Positions 38,124 through 51,526 of a stretch of DNA of 64,000 nucleotides are shown piece after piece. The notes under the pieces are model-generated. The model did no database searches. It had not been told where the DNA came from and worked only from the letters and a program-made list of their open reading frames with translations. The stretch's first letter is position 1; each line of letters begins with the position of its first letter. Origin of the DNA: Octopus sinensis (lineage: Eukaryota); the NCBI RefSeq assembly GCF_006345805.1, contig NC_043011.1, forward strand, positions 30,702,464 to 30,766,463. The letters run 5' to 3'. Both the position numbers and the translations under genes were made by a program.

Positions 38124-38637
38124 CGCGCGCATATTTCCTTTATATGGTTATATTCGAGTGTCAGTTATTCCATTGAATTATTTTACCCCAACTAGTTTGA
38201 AAGTATTTATGGAATATCCGTTGTGAATGAAAGATACGGTTAGATCAATTAAAGTGTGCCTTGTAAGGTTCATCTGTGTCTAGTACGCGAAAGACACACA
38301 CATACACACAACACGCACTCACATGTATTTCTAGGTGTATGTGTGCACGTATCTTTTTTTATTAACTTATAAACGACTTGAAACTGATAATGTTGATTAT
38401 ATTGTTATTTTATGTTCTGTGAGCTTAGCAATTCGCCAAATAGAGCACAATAAAAGAGGTACCAAGCTAAAATACAAGGATTAATATGACTGGTTATACC
38501 AGTTGTGGACATACCTCAGTATGACCACAAACGACTGAGTGAAACCAGTGGAAGAATAAAATAATAAAGGAACTCAAAGAAAAAGCTGGTAGGAAATTTT
38601 TAATGGATTAATACACAGACACACACACACACACACA

Positions 38638-38756
<119 letters not shown>

Positions 38757-39599
38757 CATACGCACATACACATACACACACACACAATTTCTGCAGAAAA
38801 GAAAATAGTGTCCAACACAAAAGACTCGGTTAAATGATCACGATATGCTTGCGTGATTCTAGTTAAAGTTGGGCGTCAATAGAAATAGTAAATTTACTTA
38901 TTATAATGCATAACTATAATAATATATGTAACTACATGACTAAACACTTCTGTGACATGAATGTCATATTTGAATATAGATGCATTTCATTTGTGAACTT
39001 GAAAAAAAAGATCTTTTGGCCAAAAATAGGAAAACAATGGAAAATACATCCAGAGAGGCATATTTGCATATCTTAAGATGTGACAAGATAAAAACGTCAA
39101 CATTGGTCCCAGTTCCCAAAAACATTTTTCTGTAATTTATCGACATGTTCCGATTTCTAATTAATTTCATAGTCGTTATTGTTTGGTATCACATTAGTCT
39201 TGACTATCCAGATGATCAAAGTAATTCATTTCTACCCTGATAATCCCGCAAACATTGCTTTCCTAGGACTACATTGTCGAATGTGTGTTTTCTTTTTCAA
39301 GAAATAGGGGAATGATTTGAAGCAAATATGACTGCTGTTTCTAGCTATTTTTATGTCATCATAGATGCTTCTTATGTCAACAAAGATGCATTGATGCATC
39401 TTATGTTAACATAGATGCTTCTATAGCATGGAAACAAATAGTGTATGCGTAGGTATTAAGTTTCAATTAAAAGATGAAATACATTAGTTTTACCAACATT
39501 CACTTATAACGAATCTAAGAAGAATAGAAGACCATATATGTAGAGAAGTAGAGGTAATATAATCTACCATAGTGACCGGCACTTATTCAATATATTGTT

Positions 39600-39872
39600 G
39601 TTTGTTTCTTCTCGAGCCACGCCTGGCTCATAGGACCGGTTTTCCCGGTTTCCTTGGCGTATAGGTTCCCCACCTGGATGGGACGCCGGTCCGTCGCAGG
39701 TGAGCTGCAAGATACAGGAGGTTAGAGTGAGAGAAAGTTGTGGCGAAAGACGGATCTGCGTAGAACTTAGGTGTTTCGCTCATAAACACACACATCACCC
39801 GGTCTGAGATTCGAACCCGCGATCCCTCGACCGCGAGTCCGCTGCTCAAAACACTAGGCCACGTGCCTCCAC
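39600..39872 (-). mobile_element. SINE family C
   Basis: Head gtggaggcacgtggcctagtg..ggttcgaatctc (B box); tail shared with 6856-7010. Confidence 0.85.
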
Positions 39873-40046
39873 TATTCTATATATATTGCTGCAAATATTA
39901 AATGCGAAGTCAACGCTGTTAGTATTTGAAATTAGAAGGCAGAGACAACTAAATCTGCCACAATTTTTACCCGTGCTATACTGCTGCGCTTAAGTATGCC
40001 CTACTCACTATCTTAAATATTACCTTTTAATCTTGTCATAAGGCCA

Positions 40047-40455
40047 AGGTGGTGAGCTTGCAAAATCGTTGGCACGCCGGGCAAAATGTTTCGTGGAATT
40101 TCGTCTGTCCTTACGTCCTTATTTCTTTACTACCCACAAGGGACTAAACACAAAGAGGACAAACAAGGACAGACAAACGGATTAAGTCGATTATATCGAC
40201 CCCAGTGTGTAACTGGTACTTATTTAATCGACCCCGAAAGGATGAAAGGCAAAGTCGACATCGGCGGAATTTGAACTCAGAACGTAGCGGCAGACGAAAT
40301 ACCACTTACGTTCGGTGTTCAAATTCCGCCATGGTCGACTTTACCTTTTATCTCTTTGGTGTCGATAAAATGAGTACTAGTTGAGCACTGGGGTCGATGT
40401 AATCGACTTGGCCTCTCTTCCGAAAGTGCTGGTCTTGTACCGAAATTTGAAACCA
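40047..40455 (+). mobile_element. SINE family B copy interrupted by an inverted headless family B unit (40119-40303)
   Basis: Plus-strand head, then a minus-strand unit, then the plus-strand continuation; CTTACGT flanks the unit on both sides. Confidence 0.8.
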
Positions 40456-40971
40456 ATATTTTCACAAGGCCAAGTATGGTGGATAAAGATGTGTTGGCCA
40501 TTAGATCGACAACAGTTCTTGACTGGTACCTTTTGTTATCAACTGTTGAAGGACGGAAAGCAAAAATGTAAAGTAATGTCTTCTGCTCTAGTGATATCTT
40601 TAAGTCCACCTTCCTCCCAAGCTTCATATCCTTACCTAGGCACAAAGCCTTAAATTTCAGCGGCGAGGTTAGAATTAACCTGAAACTCATCTCTTCTGTT
40701 ATTTATTTGGCCTCAGAAGTGTGAAATGCCAAGCTAACCTCGGCATGATTTGAACTCAGAGCGTTAAGTAACCGAACAAAACCACAAGTTGCTCTGTGTG
40801 ACGCATTACTACTAGTTATGTTAAGCTTTCGCATTGTCAGGTGAGTATTTAACACTTGATAAAAATAACATGAGATTCTATAAAGAAAATGGCAATAGTT
40901 TTTAAATAATGCGTATATACTAGAAAACTAAGATACGGTATTGAATTCTAATTTTAAATTTTAATTTAAAT

Positions 40972-41303
40972 GAGATCTTTACAACCCTAAAACCTTAAAA
41001 CCTGTACAAACATACAACGATGTCATAAATAACAGTGACAAACGAAATACACACCGCCGGAAGTTCTTGTTGACAAACAACGGCAGTAATTTTATTCAGC
41101 TGAATACACGTCATTGATTGGTTGAAATTACCGAAATACGAGAACATTAAAGTGAAATAACTTCGTAAATATAAGTTTTTCTAAAAAATGCTAAGAGTAA
41201 AAGATGTTTTGTATGACGCATTCTACCAGTGTCCGAAGTTTGAAAGTGTTTAGTTACAAAAAATTATTTTTTTAAATCTGTAGGTCAAAAGGTAAAGATC
41301 CTA
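40972..41303. mobile_element. MITE-like element with short imperfect TIRs (gatctttac / gtaaagatc)
   Basis: Terminal complementarity, and a partial second copy in the opposite orientation at 7011-7283. Confidence 0.5.
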
Positions 41304-41634
41304 TAAATGAATTGAATTTTATATAGCGTATAAGAAATTAATCCATAACCCCTTTAGAAAAATAGCAGATAATTAGCCATGGGAAAACATGGAAAAATAT
41401 TATCATTCAGCAAAGAGACACAGTAGTAACATAACAAGTAGCATGCAGCGACAGTAAAGTATGGAAAAGAAATTTTGCAGCATTCTGGCAGATCATTTGT
41501 TCACCTTGAACATTTTTTTATGCATGACTTTCAAAATGTACCCGACATACTAAACAGTATGAGAACGAAAAGTGCAGAAAAAACTATCGAATTATAAACA
41601 AATAAATAAATTAAAATAAATAAATAATAATAGC

Positions 41635-41672
<38 letters not shown>

Positions 41673-41947
41673 TACTTCTTGTAGTAGTTTGTTTGCAATG
41701 GTGCTGCTGTTTGTCTGATGCTATCATATGAACTTCTTTTTTAAAGATCATGTTATCGATAAATCGATATTTGAAACAGTAACTATTGAGTAAAGTACGG
41801 GTCTCGTAAGTGCATGCCATCTTTGTAACGTACAGCTGAAATGATGGTGGCTTCTAAACCTGGGCGATGTGTCTCTGATTGAGTATAGCATCACTTGTAA
41901 GGGGAACATCTACAACCACGTACACGTTCACGCACAATGATCTAAGT

Positions 41948-41976
41948 ATATATACATACATACATACATACATACA

Positions 41977-42012
<36 letters not shown>

Positions 42013-42022
42013 TGTGTGTTTA

Positions 42023-42076
<54 letters not shown>

Positions 42077-42444
42077 CGTACATGAATATATATACATAAT
42101 GTATAATATATAAATATACGTACATATGTACGCTTAACACACATGCCACATACACACACATGTATATATGTATATCTATCTATATATAAATATGTATATG
42201 TATGTGTATATACATATATCTATATATATACATATATATAGATATACATACACATATAAAGGCATACAATCATACATGCATATATATATATATATGCACA
42301 TACATACATACACACACCCACACATACCCGCACTCACATATATGTATGTATATATTATATATTTATGTGTATATATGTATATAGATATAGATATACATAA
42401 TATATATGTATGTATATAGATATACATATATATATGTGTATGTG

Positions 42445-42530
<86 letters not shown>
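41948..42530. repeat. Compound (CATA)/(TA) microsatellite region
   Basis: Direct reading. Confidence 0.9.
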
Positions 42531-42532
<2 letters not shown>

Positions 42533-42737
42533 CAAGGAAGTTAGAGGTTGTGAATCCAACCAACTAAGGGATAATATCTATCCAATCATTATATTATATA
42601 TATGTAAAGCATGAATATGTTATACATGTATGTATATTGTTGTAATTGTCATTTTAGTAAATAAATAAATAAATTGACATAATATAATGTCTAAAAGTTG
42701 ATGAATACCAACTATGATCCCCTTCATTTTCTTATTG

Positions 42738-42802
<65 letters not shown>

Positions 42803-43007
42803 CAGAACAACTAGCATTGGCTTTGTTGAAGAGTAACTTTGAATTATTCTTAATGAAGCTATATTCGATTTTATACAACACAACTAGATTTCTCTAGATA
42901 AGGTAACTTCCATGTAAGAAATGAATTCTTTTTTTCTTCTTTGTTTATAATAATCTCTGTTTGAACACAGCGCTGCAGATACATCTTCATTATTATTGGT
43001 TGCCTTA

Positions 43008-43340
43008 AGGCGGCGAGTTGGCAGAAACGTTAGCACGCCGGCCGAAATGCGTAGCCGTATTTCGTCTGCCGTTACGTCCTGAGTTCAAATTCCGCCGAGG
43101 TCGACCTTGTCTTTCATCCTTTCGGGGCCGATAAATTAAGTACCAGTTACACACTGGGGTCGATGTAATCAAATTAATCCGCTTTTCTGTCCTTGTTTGT
43201 CTTCTTGTGGGTAGTAAAGAAATAAGGTATTTCGTCAGCCGCTACGTTCTGAGTTCAAATTCCGCCGATGTCGACTTTACCTTTCATCCTTTCGGGGTCG
43301 ATAAATTAAGTTCCAGTCGCGTATTGGGGTCGATGTAATT
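43008..43340 (+). mobile_element. SINE family B, head plus two units
   Basis: Junction aaagaaataaggtatttcgtc near 43220. Confidence 0.88.
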
Positions 43341-43920
43341 CTTTACAAGCGGGAGGGAATTATAAAAATTACCTGATATGGAAACCTTTATTTTAGTATA
43401 TTTTTTAAGCAAAAAAGGTTCATTAAACGTTTACATACCCAAATTGATTTAGCTATTGTTGCCGCTTGTACTCCCTTATACATTAATATACCTCAAATTC
43501 AATTACCCCCTATATTCGATTCCATATTTTTGATATCTTATACATATCCACCCGTAATGAAGAAAATAGTCATTGTTATTGCTTTCATATATTCTATGTA
43601 CTCCTACTCAGATGATATTTTATTTCAGTTATTTTTGTAGAATGGTTTTATCATGACCACCTTAACAGCATGCTTTGGAAATGTCTTTGATAGTTTTTCT
43701 TATATATTAAAGTATACTATTATTCGGTTTTAAGTTAAATTTCTATTTTTTCTATATATCCTACATAGGCGTAGGAGTGGCTGTGTATAGGCGTAGGAAT
43801 GGCTATGTGGTATAGGCGTAGGAATGGCTATGTGGTACGCCTAACACACATGCCACATACACACACATGTATATATGTATATCTATCTATATATAAATAT
43901 GTATATGTATGTGTATATAC

Positions 43921-43955
<35 letters not shown>

Positions 43956-44063
43956 CATACAAATATAAAGGCATGCAATTATACATGCATATATATATAT
44001 ATATGTGTGTACATACATACATACACACACCCACACATACACGCACTCACATATAGGCGTGGT

Positions 44064-44145
44064 ATAGGCGTAGGAATGGCTGTGTGGTAAGTAGCCTGCT
44101 TACCAACCACATGCTTCCGGGTTCAGTCCCACTGCGTGGCACCAT
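44064..44145 (+). mobile_element. SINE family A head only
   Basis: ggcgtaggaatggctgtgtggtaag..gggttcagtcccactgcgtggcacc, then it switches into mariner sequence. Confidence 0.85.
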
Positions 44146-44694
44146 GAGAAAAAGGTTCTACTCTATCTGGTGCTATTGCAAAGGCGTAATTCACTTTATA
44201 TTGTTACCACCTAATGCAACAATTGATGCTCAAGTCTACTGTCAGCAATTAGAGCGTTTGAACCAAGCTTTGAAGGAAAAAAGAGCCGCTTTAGTGAGTC
44301 GAAAACGAGTGATGTTTCATTAGGACAATGCGCACCCCACACTGCAAAGATCACATCGCAGAAGATCGAAGAGGTCGGTTTGGAAAAATTTCTTCATCCA
44401 ACTTATTCTCCCGACCTTATTCCTTCAGGATACCATTTGTTTCATACTTTACAGAATTATTAGGGGGACACAACTTTCGCAAGCCAGGAGGAGGTCGAAC
44501 CTGACATTTCAGAGTTCTACGCTTTGGAACCAAAAGAGTTTTACATTGATAGGATTAAAAAGCTTGTAAATAGATGGAAGTAAGTCATAGATAATCAGGG
44601 AAAGTACATTGATGATTAACTTTCAATTAAATATAACATTTGATCACTTGGATTCTTTATCCAAAATTCGGACAGAACTTATGGGATGACCTGA
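44146..44694 (+). mobile_element. Mariner transposase C-terminal half plus 3' TIR, disrupted
   Basis: IWCYCKGVIHFILLPPNATIDAQVYCQQLERL..VMFH*DNA..PH..HPTYSPDL..YHLF; TIR-like ggacagaacttatgggatgacct at the end. Confidence 0.9.
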
Positions 44695-44699
44695 GATAT

Positions 44700-45365
44700 A
44701 TACACCGGCAAAAATATATTTAAGACCGACGATAAAAGTTTTATTTCTTACAAAATATTTTGTTACTAACACCATACAAATTATTTATATTTTTTACACC
44801 TTATGCAAAATTTATTTCTCTTTCGAATAATGCAAACAATTTTTATACAACTTGAAGAATTCTAATGCTAAATTAATATATATTTCTTTACTGTCCACAA
44901 GGGGCTAAACATAGAGGGGACAAACGAGGACAGACAAACGGATTAAGTCGATTACATCGACCCCAGTGCGTAACTAGTACTTAATTTATCGACCCCGAAA
45001 GGATGAAAGGCAAAGTCGACCTCGGCGGAACTTGAACTCAGAACGTAATATAAACGTTTCAAATTTACCGGCAAAATTAGACCATGTAATATGTATGCAA
45101 TTTTTTGGCCAAAATGGGTGGTCACACAACGAGCCTAAATGCACCATATAAAGTTATAATTTAATGTTATTATACAATTTATTAATAATGGGAAAACAAC
45201 GTAGCCTTAGTCCAGTCACGAGAGCAAAAATCGTATATTACAGCAAAAAGTTTCCTTTTCGAACATCAGCAAGCAACTAAAGTGCAGTAAACCGGCTTGC
45301 ATGCAAGCGTGGAAGTTATACTAGGAGACTGGACAATATAAAGATCGGCAAAGGACTAGTAACAG
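44700..45365 (+). mobile_element. Tc1-like 5' fragment (transposase N-terminus at 45188-45360)
   Basis: With one frameshift it reads MGKQRSLSPVTRAKIVY..ISKQLKCSK..KLY*ETGQYKDRQR, a Tc1 HTH pattern. Confidence 0.6.
44879..45047 (-). mobile_element. SINE family B unit, 5' truncated
   Basis: Reverse complement of the unit body. Confidence 0.85.
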
Positions 45366-45669
45366 AATATTTTGTAAGAAATAGAACTTTTATCATCGGT
45401 CTTAAATTTATTTTCGCCAGTGTGTATGTTATATATATATAATGTATATAATACGAGAATTTTAATGGAGATAACCTGCAGTATATAGTACAACATTTTT
45501 GTCTCCGTATATGAGCTAAGTATTAATAAAATGTGGTATACAATAAAAATTTCGGATATTTGTATTAAAACATTCAGACAAGAAAATTCAGATGTAGCAC
45601 ATGAGGTATTATTCCATACCAATATACATATATTTATGTTAAGAGTTTCATGATAAAAATATAGAAATA

Positions 45670-46231
45670 TTGGGTTGTCCCGAAAGTTCGTGCCGATTTA
45701 TAGTAGCTTATCTTTCGACTTATTTTAGAACATGTTTGAGTCCATAAAATAGGATTTGACTACACCATTAAGAGCTCAGTTTAAGCTATCTTTTCGTGGA
45801 AGAAGGTTTATGTTCCTATAACCTGTGTTAATTCTGTAACCCTTGAAAATAAAAGATGAGAAAGTTCATTTTCGGCACTTGATGCTTTGGGAACCAGACA
45901 AAAATTGCTGCATTCGGCTGGGATGTGTTACCCCCACCCTCCCTATTCCCCAGATATTGCTCCTTCGGATTTCCACTTATTCAGGTCTCTGCAGAAAAGT
46001 CTTAATGGTAAAAATTTCAATTCCTTAGATGACGTAAAAAGATACCTTGACGAATTCTTTGCCTTGAAACCACCCCAATTCTGGGAAGAGGATATTTTCA
46101 AGGTAAAGGAAAGACGGAGACGTATTGTGCAACGAAATGGTTCAGATTTGGTTCATTAAAAATGTAACGGCAAGTATTTAGTGACCTTTACTTGCCTTTA
46201 AAAATCGGAACGAACTTTCCGGACAACCCAA
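45670..46231 (+). mobile_element. Internally deleted mariner (562 bp) with both TIRs and TA TSD
   Basis: TIRs ttgggttgtcccgaaagttcgtgccgattt / aaatcggaacgaactttccggacaacccaa. N-terminal KVHFRHLMLWE is joined to C-terminal HPPYSPDIAPSDFHLFRSLQ. Confidence 0.92.
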
Positions 46232-46317
46232 TATAAACATAACAATGAAATACGAATATAAACATGAAAAATAAAAACCTAAATTGAAATGTATGTGTGT
46301 GTATGTATATATGTGTG

Positions 46318-46374
<57 letters not shown>

Positions 46375-46379
46375 ATATA

Positions 46380-46425
<46 letters not shown>

Positions 46426-46459
46426 ATATATTATATATATATATATATATTATATATAT

Positions 46460-46491
<32 letters not shown>

Positions 46492-46570
46492 CGTATATGT
46501 GGATTTCGTAGACAGGAACTGAAACAAATCGATCGTATATATATGTATGTATATATGTAAGTGTACGTGT

Positions 46571-48855
46571 TTTGGTATTGGCAACATGAATGACAATGGC
46601 CAGAGACTACTTGAATTTTGCCCATACTATAACCTGTGCATCACTAACACATTTTTTGCCAACAAGACATCCCACAAGGCATCTTGGAGACAGCCAAGAT
46701 CTCACCACTGACATCAGCTGGATCTCATCATTACACGAATACCGTTTCTGAATTCTGTTCAACTGACTCGTAGTTACCACAGCGTGGATTGTGACACAGA
46801 TCATTCACTAATAAGAAGCAGGGTGTGGATTCTGCCTAAAAAGTCCATCACTCCAAGAAAATGGGCCGACCACGCATTGACACTGCCTGAACCTCGGACC
46901 CTACACTGGGACAATGTTTTGCTGTTTCTATCAAAGTTGCCCTCAGTAGCTGCCCAACCACCACTGCTGAAAGTAGGTGGAATTATATCAGGGAAGCTTT
47001 GTATACCACATCAGTAGATACTTTCGGCATGAGAGAAAGGCAAAACCCAGATTTTGTTCATTGCTGGGCTCTCAGAGCTGGAAACAGTTATCGAAACAAA
47101 GCGTGCAGCTCTGATGTAATACAAGAGTGATTCTTCTATAAAGTCACTCGAAGAACTCAGAAAGGCAAGAAATAAAACCCAACTGACTGCCAGACGCTGT
47201 CCAAATAGGTATTGGCAGGAAATCTGTCAGAGTATCCAGTCAGCTGTTGACAGTGGCGACACCCGTGGGATGTATGCCGGTTTGAAGAAGGCCCTCGGTC
47301 CATCCGCAACCAACTCAGCCCCTCTGAAATCAACTACTGGGGATCTCATCAAGCACCAAAGCAAGCGAATGGATAGATGGGTGGAGTACTACCAGGATCT
47401 CTACTCACGAGAGACCACGGTAGCTGAGGCTGCAATCGAGGGTGTCAAGATCTTGCCAGTCATGTGTGAACTTCACAGTCTGCCATCTATAGCAGAGCTC
47501 ACCAAGGCTATTGACTCCCTAGTAAGTAACAAGGCTCCGGGAAAAGACGGAATCCCCTTAGAGATCATCAAAACCGGCAAAAACACCATCCTGCTTCGGC
47601 ACATTCATGAGCTTCTGTGTCAGTGCTGGGAAGCGGGTAGAGTCCCTCGGGATATGCGGGATGCTAACATCATTACGCTTTACAAAAACAAAGGTAACCC
47701 TGGTGATTGTAACAATTACCGTACACTATCTCTTCTAAGCACTGTTGGAAAGGCCTCTGCTCGCATTATCCTGTCCAGGCTGCAACTGCTTGCTTCTCGA
47801 ATTTATCCAGAATCGCAGTGTGGCTTTAGAAGAAACAGATCAACTATTGACATGATATTCTCCATACGCCAACTTCAGGTCCAGAGAGCAGAAAATGCCA
47901 TTATATATGGCCTTCATTGATCTGACAAAGGCCTTTGACTTGGTAAGTAGAAAAGGCCTCTTCATCCTGCTCCAAAAACTCGGATGTCCACCAAAGCTGA
48001 AGATCATCGAATCTTTCCATGATGATATGCAAGGCACCATACAGCACAATGGTTCAACATCAGCCACCTTCCAAATAAAAAATGGGGTAAAGCAAGGTTG
48101 TGTCCTTGCTCCTACATTATTTGGCATCTTCTTCTCGCTGCTGCTGTCACATGCCTTTGTGACATCAAATGATGGAGTGTTTCTGCACAGTAGAAGTGAT
48201 GGGAAATTGTTCAATCTCTCGCGTCTGCGTGCCAAGACCAAAATCAGAAGCGTCCTGATCAAGGAGATGCTATTTGCCTCCGGAAAATCCTTCGCATCAA
48301 ATGGCAGAATCATGTCCCCAACAAAGATGTCCTCAAGCAAGCAGGAATACCGAGCATGTTTACACTCCTCACACAAAGACGTATGAGATGGCTTGGACAT
48401 GTTAGCCGTATGAAAGATGGCAGAATCCCCAAGGACATACTCAACGGAAAGCTTGTTAGGGGCACTAGGTCTGTGGGAAGACCGTTCTTACGATACAAGG
48501 ATGTTTGCAAAAGGGACGTGAATGCCTGCAACATCAATATTTCCAACTGGGAAGCAGTTGCCAGCAACCGTGGAGATTGGCGACGTACCGTAAAAGAGGG
48601 AACACAAAGGAGTGACATTGATGGAGAGGAGAAATGGAAAGACAAGAAAAGACGTCAACAAGAAAGTATGACATTACAACCAGCCAGGCAAAGTCTTCGC
48701 TACATTTGCGGCACCTGCCAGAGGGAGTGTTTGTCCAGGATAGAACTACACAGCCATAGCAGGAGCTGTATTAGGACATGAAATGAAAAAGCCGGACTAG
48801 ATTATTTTATGCGCAACTCCATTGTCTCCTGAGACAAAAAGGATGCCAACAACAA
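46571..48855 (+). mobile_element. 5'-truncated RTE-clade LINE (APE C-terminus, RT, C-terminus), disrupted
   Basis: GIGNMNDNGQRLLEFC..DTDHSL; KAPGKDGIP, PESQCGFR, FIDLTKAFD, GVKQGCVLAPTLF. A deletion after EMLFA (48278) removes the catalytic DD. 3' end ccattgtctcctgagacaaaaaggatgcc(aac)n; flanking direct repeats. Confidence 0.93.
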
Positions 48856-48862
48856 TATATAA

Positions 48863-49065
48863 GGATTTCGTAGACAGGAACTGAAACAAATCAATCGTAT
48901 ATAGATGTATATATGTAAGTGTATGTGTGTGTGTCTTTGTCTCTGTGTTTCGCCCTCATCACTGCTTCACAACTGCTGTTCATTTATTTATATCCACAAA
49001 ACTTACTGGTTTCACAAGAACAAACTAATAGAATAAGTACTAGGCTTATCAACATAAAAAAGCGC
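48863..49065 (+). mobile_element. Degenerate SINE family A 3' part (target of the RTE insertion)
   Basis: ggatttcgtagacaggaactgaaac..gtgtctttgtctctgtgttt..tagaataagtactaggctta. Confidence 0.7.
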
Positions 49066-49119
49066 TAGGCTATGTCTCATATTTTTGTTTGCCCACTCAG
49101 TTGTATCTATCAATTTATC

Positions 49120-49170
<51 letters not shown>

Positions 49171-49194
49171 GTGTGTGTGTGTGTATGTGCATCT

Positions 49195-49209
<15 letters not shown>

Positions 49210-49225
<16 letters not shown>

Positions 49226-50234
49226 ACACACTAATGGGAGCCTTAACTCAAAAGTACTGAATGGATCTTTATGAAATTTGGAAATTATAGTCTAAGCATA
49301 AGGGCCATAACCCCCATGACAATTCATATATTTTTGCTGTTGATGAAATTTTAACCATAGATATTAGACACAAATGAAGTAATATTTATAAAATTTGATC
49401 TTCTTACAAGTTAGAAAGACCCCTTCATGGGGACTTAACACCCACAATTTTGTCATTTTATCTAAGCAAAAACGAATACAGTTGTGCTCTTGGAAGCTGT
49501 AGGGTTACCCGAGCATAAAAGTTGGGCATTATTTCTAATTCAATGGTACAACAGTGTAACAGTTTGCTTTGACATACACTTACATTGTGATTTCTGCAAT
49601 GTGCTGCATAAGTTGTTAAGTAAATGAGAGGCATCTTTGTCTCCACTGATTCAGTTGCAAAGTGTTGAGTAAAGTTATTTGATTGCAGACCTCCTTTCAG
49701 TCTTTTTATTATCACTCGGTCACACATAGTCCCCAGGTGGTAACATTGATTACAAGGCCTTCCCAGATGAGTGACTGGTTATTCAAAGACATTTTTAGAT
49801 TTTAAATTCATTCTGTCCAGTTACGTATCAGTATAGTGGTCATTTGCAAACTTCAGAGGTGACACTTTAATTTCACCTAAGCCCTCACATAACACAGTTG
49901 TTAATGTTGATTTCAGTTGGGTCACGCCCTTCCAATTGCTATAGATTCGTAATGCATCTTACGGCTGTGCCTGTCACCTGGATGGTGAGGAATCCTACAT
50001 TGGGAGTGGTTACGACTAGGGTAGGTTAACTGACTGCTTATTGTGATCATTCGTCTTTTGGTTTCCATGTGGCACGATTACAATTTTTTTAGGGTGTGTA
50101 AAGAGGGAAATAACCCTCATCTGCAATTTTGATGAAATTTGAAATATAGATATTCCAGTTCATTCAGAAAATATAAGAGAAAAGTCTAATTCTCTAATTG
50201 AATGTAACCGGGCAACGCCGGGTATCTCTGCTAG
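49210..50234 (+). mobile_element. Non-autonomous Helitron with canonical ends (~1 kb)
   Basis: A|TC at 49209-49211; hairpin ccgggcaacgccggg at 50208-50222; CTAG|T at 50231-50235. Confidence 0.8.
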
Positions 50235-51526
50235 TATATCATATATATACATATATATATATGTATGTATGTATGTATGAATATTTCTAGATGTGTATAC
50301 TAGTGTTTTTATGTGTACGTGTGTATGTGTACATGTATATGTGTGTGTATATATGTATAGCTTTTTTTACCAGTATTATGTGAGCATGTGTGTGCGTATG
50401 CACATATATATCGATTGCTATCGATGGCATCTAATCGATGACCATTAATAAAAGGAGATTTTTCTTGAAGGTTATCAAATGACCAGTGGCCACTATTGTT
50501 TTAAAACTATCTGGGAAAATATACAGCAATAATATGAACACATCAATTACTTCTTTCATCTGCTTCGTTCCCCCAACGCGGTTATTCTAACATTAGATTA
50601 ATGGAAATGCTAGGCATTTCAAGTTGATCATGTTTGAATGCACAGTTGCTGTGAACACTTACAAATCTCTACGCACCCATACAATCTATAATTAGCCTTG
50701 AGTGTCTGTTATACACATACTGAGATGCGTATGTATTAACTAAGGTATACATACATATTTACATCATGCTTTAGTGTCTATAGAAAAGTACATGCGTACC
50801 GGTGCACCGAAATAGTTCATTAAACTACGTTTGTATACACGAGTCTGTGTAAGTATGTTTATATGTTCATGGAAATGTACATGTATATATTTGCATGTTT
50901 AATTAATACAGTTTCACTGGTTAACATGTCTCTGATTTTATTTCATGCTAGATTGGACTCTTCCTTGGGAAATGTAGCCATAATATAGAGAACAATCTAG
51001 AAGAAAGTTGTTTCTTCGTTTCTCTTTTCTCTCTTTTCTCGGAACATTCGCATTCTTTCGGTAATGACGTATGCAGCGGCATATATCAAAGAATTCAATT
51101 CTATGGTTCTTTTATTTTGAATTCTGAGAAGCACTTCATTCAGCTTCCAAATAACTGATTTCAATTTTCCTCTATCTCATGACCTCAATAGTGACAATCC
51201 TTTCCTTTTTCAAGAAGTATCACTTCTAGAATTCTGCCATGGAGAGCAATTATATCTCCGGGCTGATCTCTTTGTATGGCTCTGGAGTGACACTGTAGGT
51301 CTCTGTGGTTTGGATAAATCCATTTTTCATATCCAATATTTCTTCGCCAAATATACTACAGACATATTATTTAGTTCGTGAGGAGAGACAGTGCTTGTGT
51401 TCTTTGCAAACTGTGTCTGACTGGTTAAAACGATGTATTTGAGTATTCAATTTAAATTTATATAGGTTATTGTCTACACAGAGTAATGTTAGTAGCGAGA
51501 GAATTCCAGCAATATACTGTGTTTCT

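Noticed and set aside
39800-39872. tRNA-like sequences with A and B boxes
   Set aside because: They are SINE heads continuous with SINE bodies and do not form a full cloverleaf.
49458-49727. Conserved-looking ORF MCDRVIIKRL.. present twice (also 61777-62040)
   Set aside because: Both lie inside copies of one non-coding Helitron-like repeat, so the similarity reflects the repeat and not a gene.
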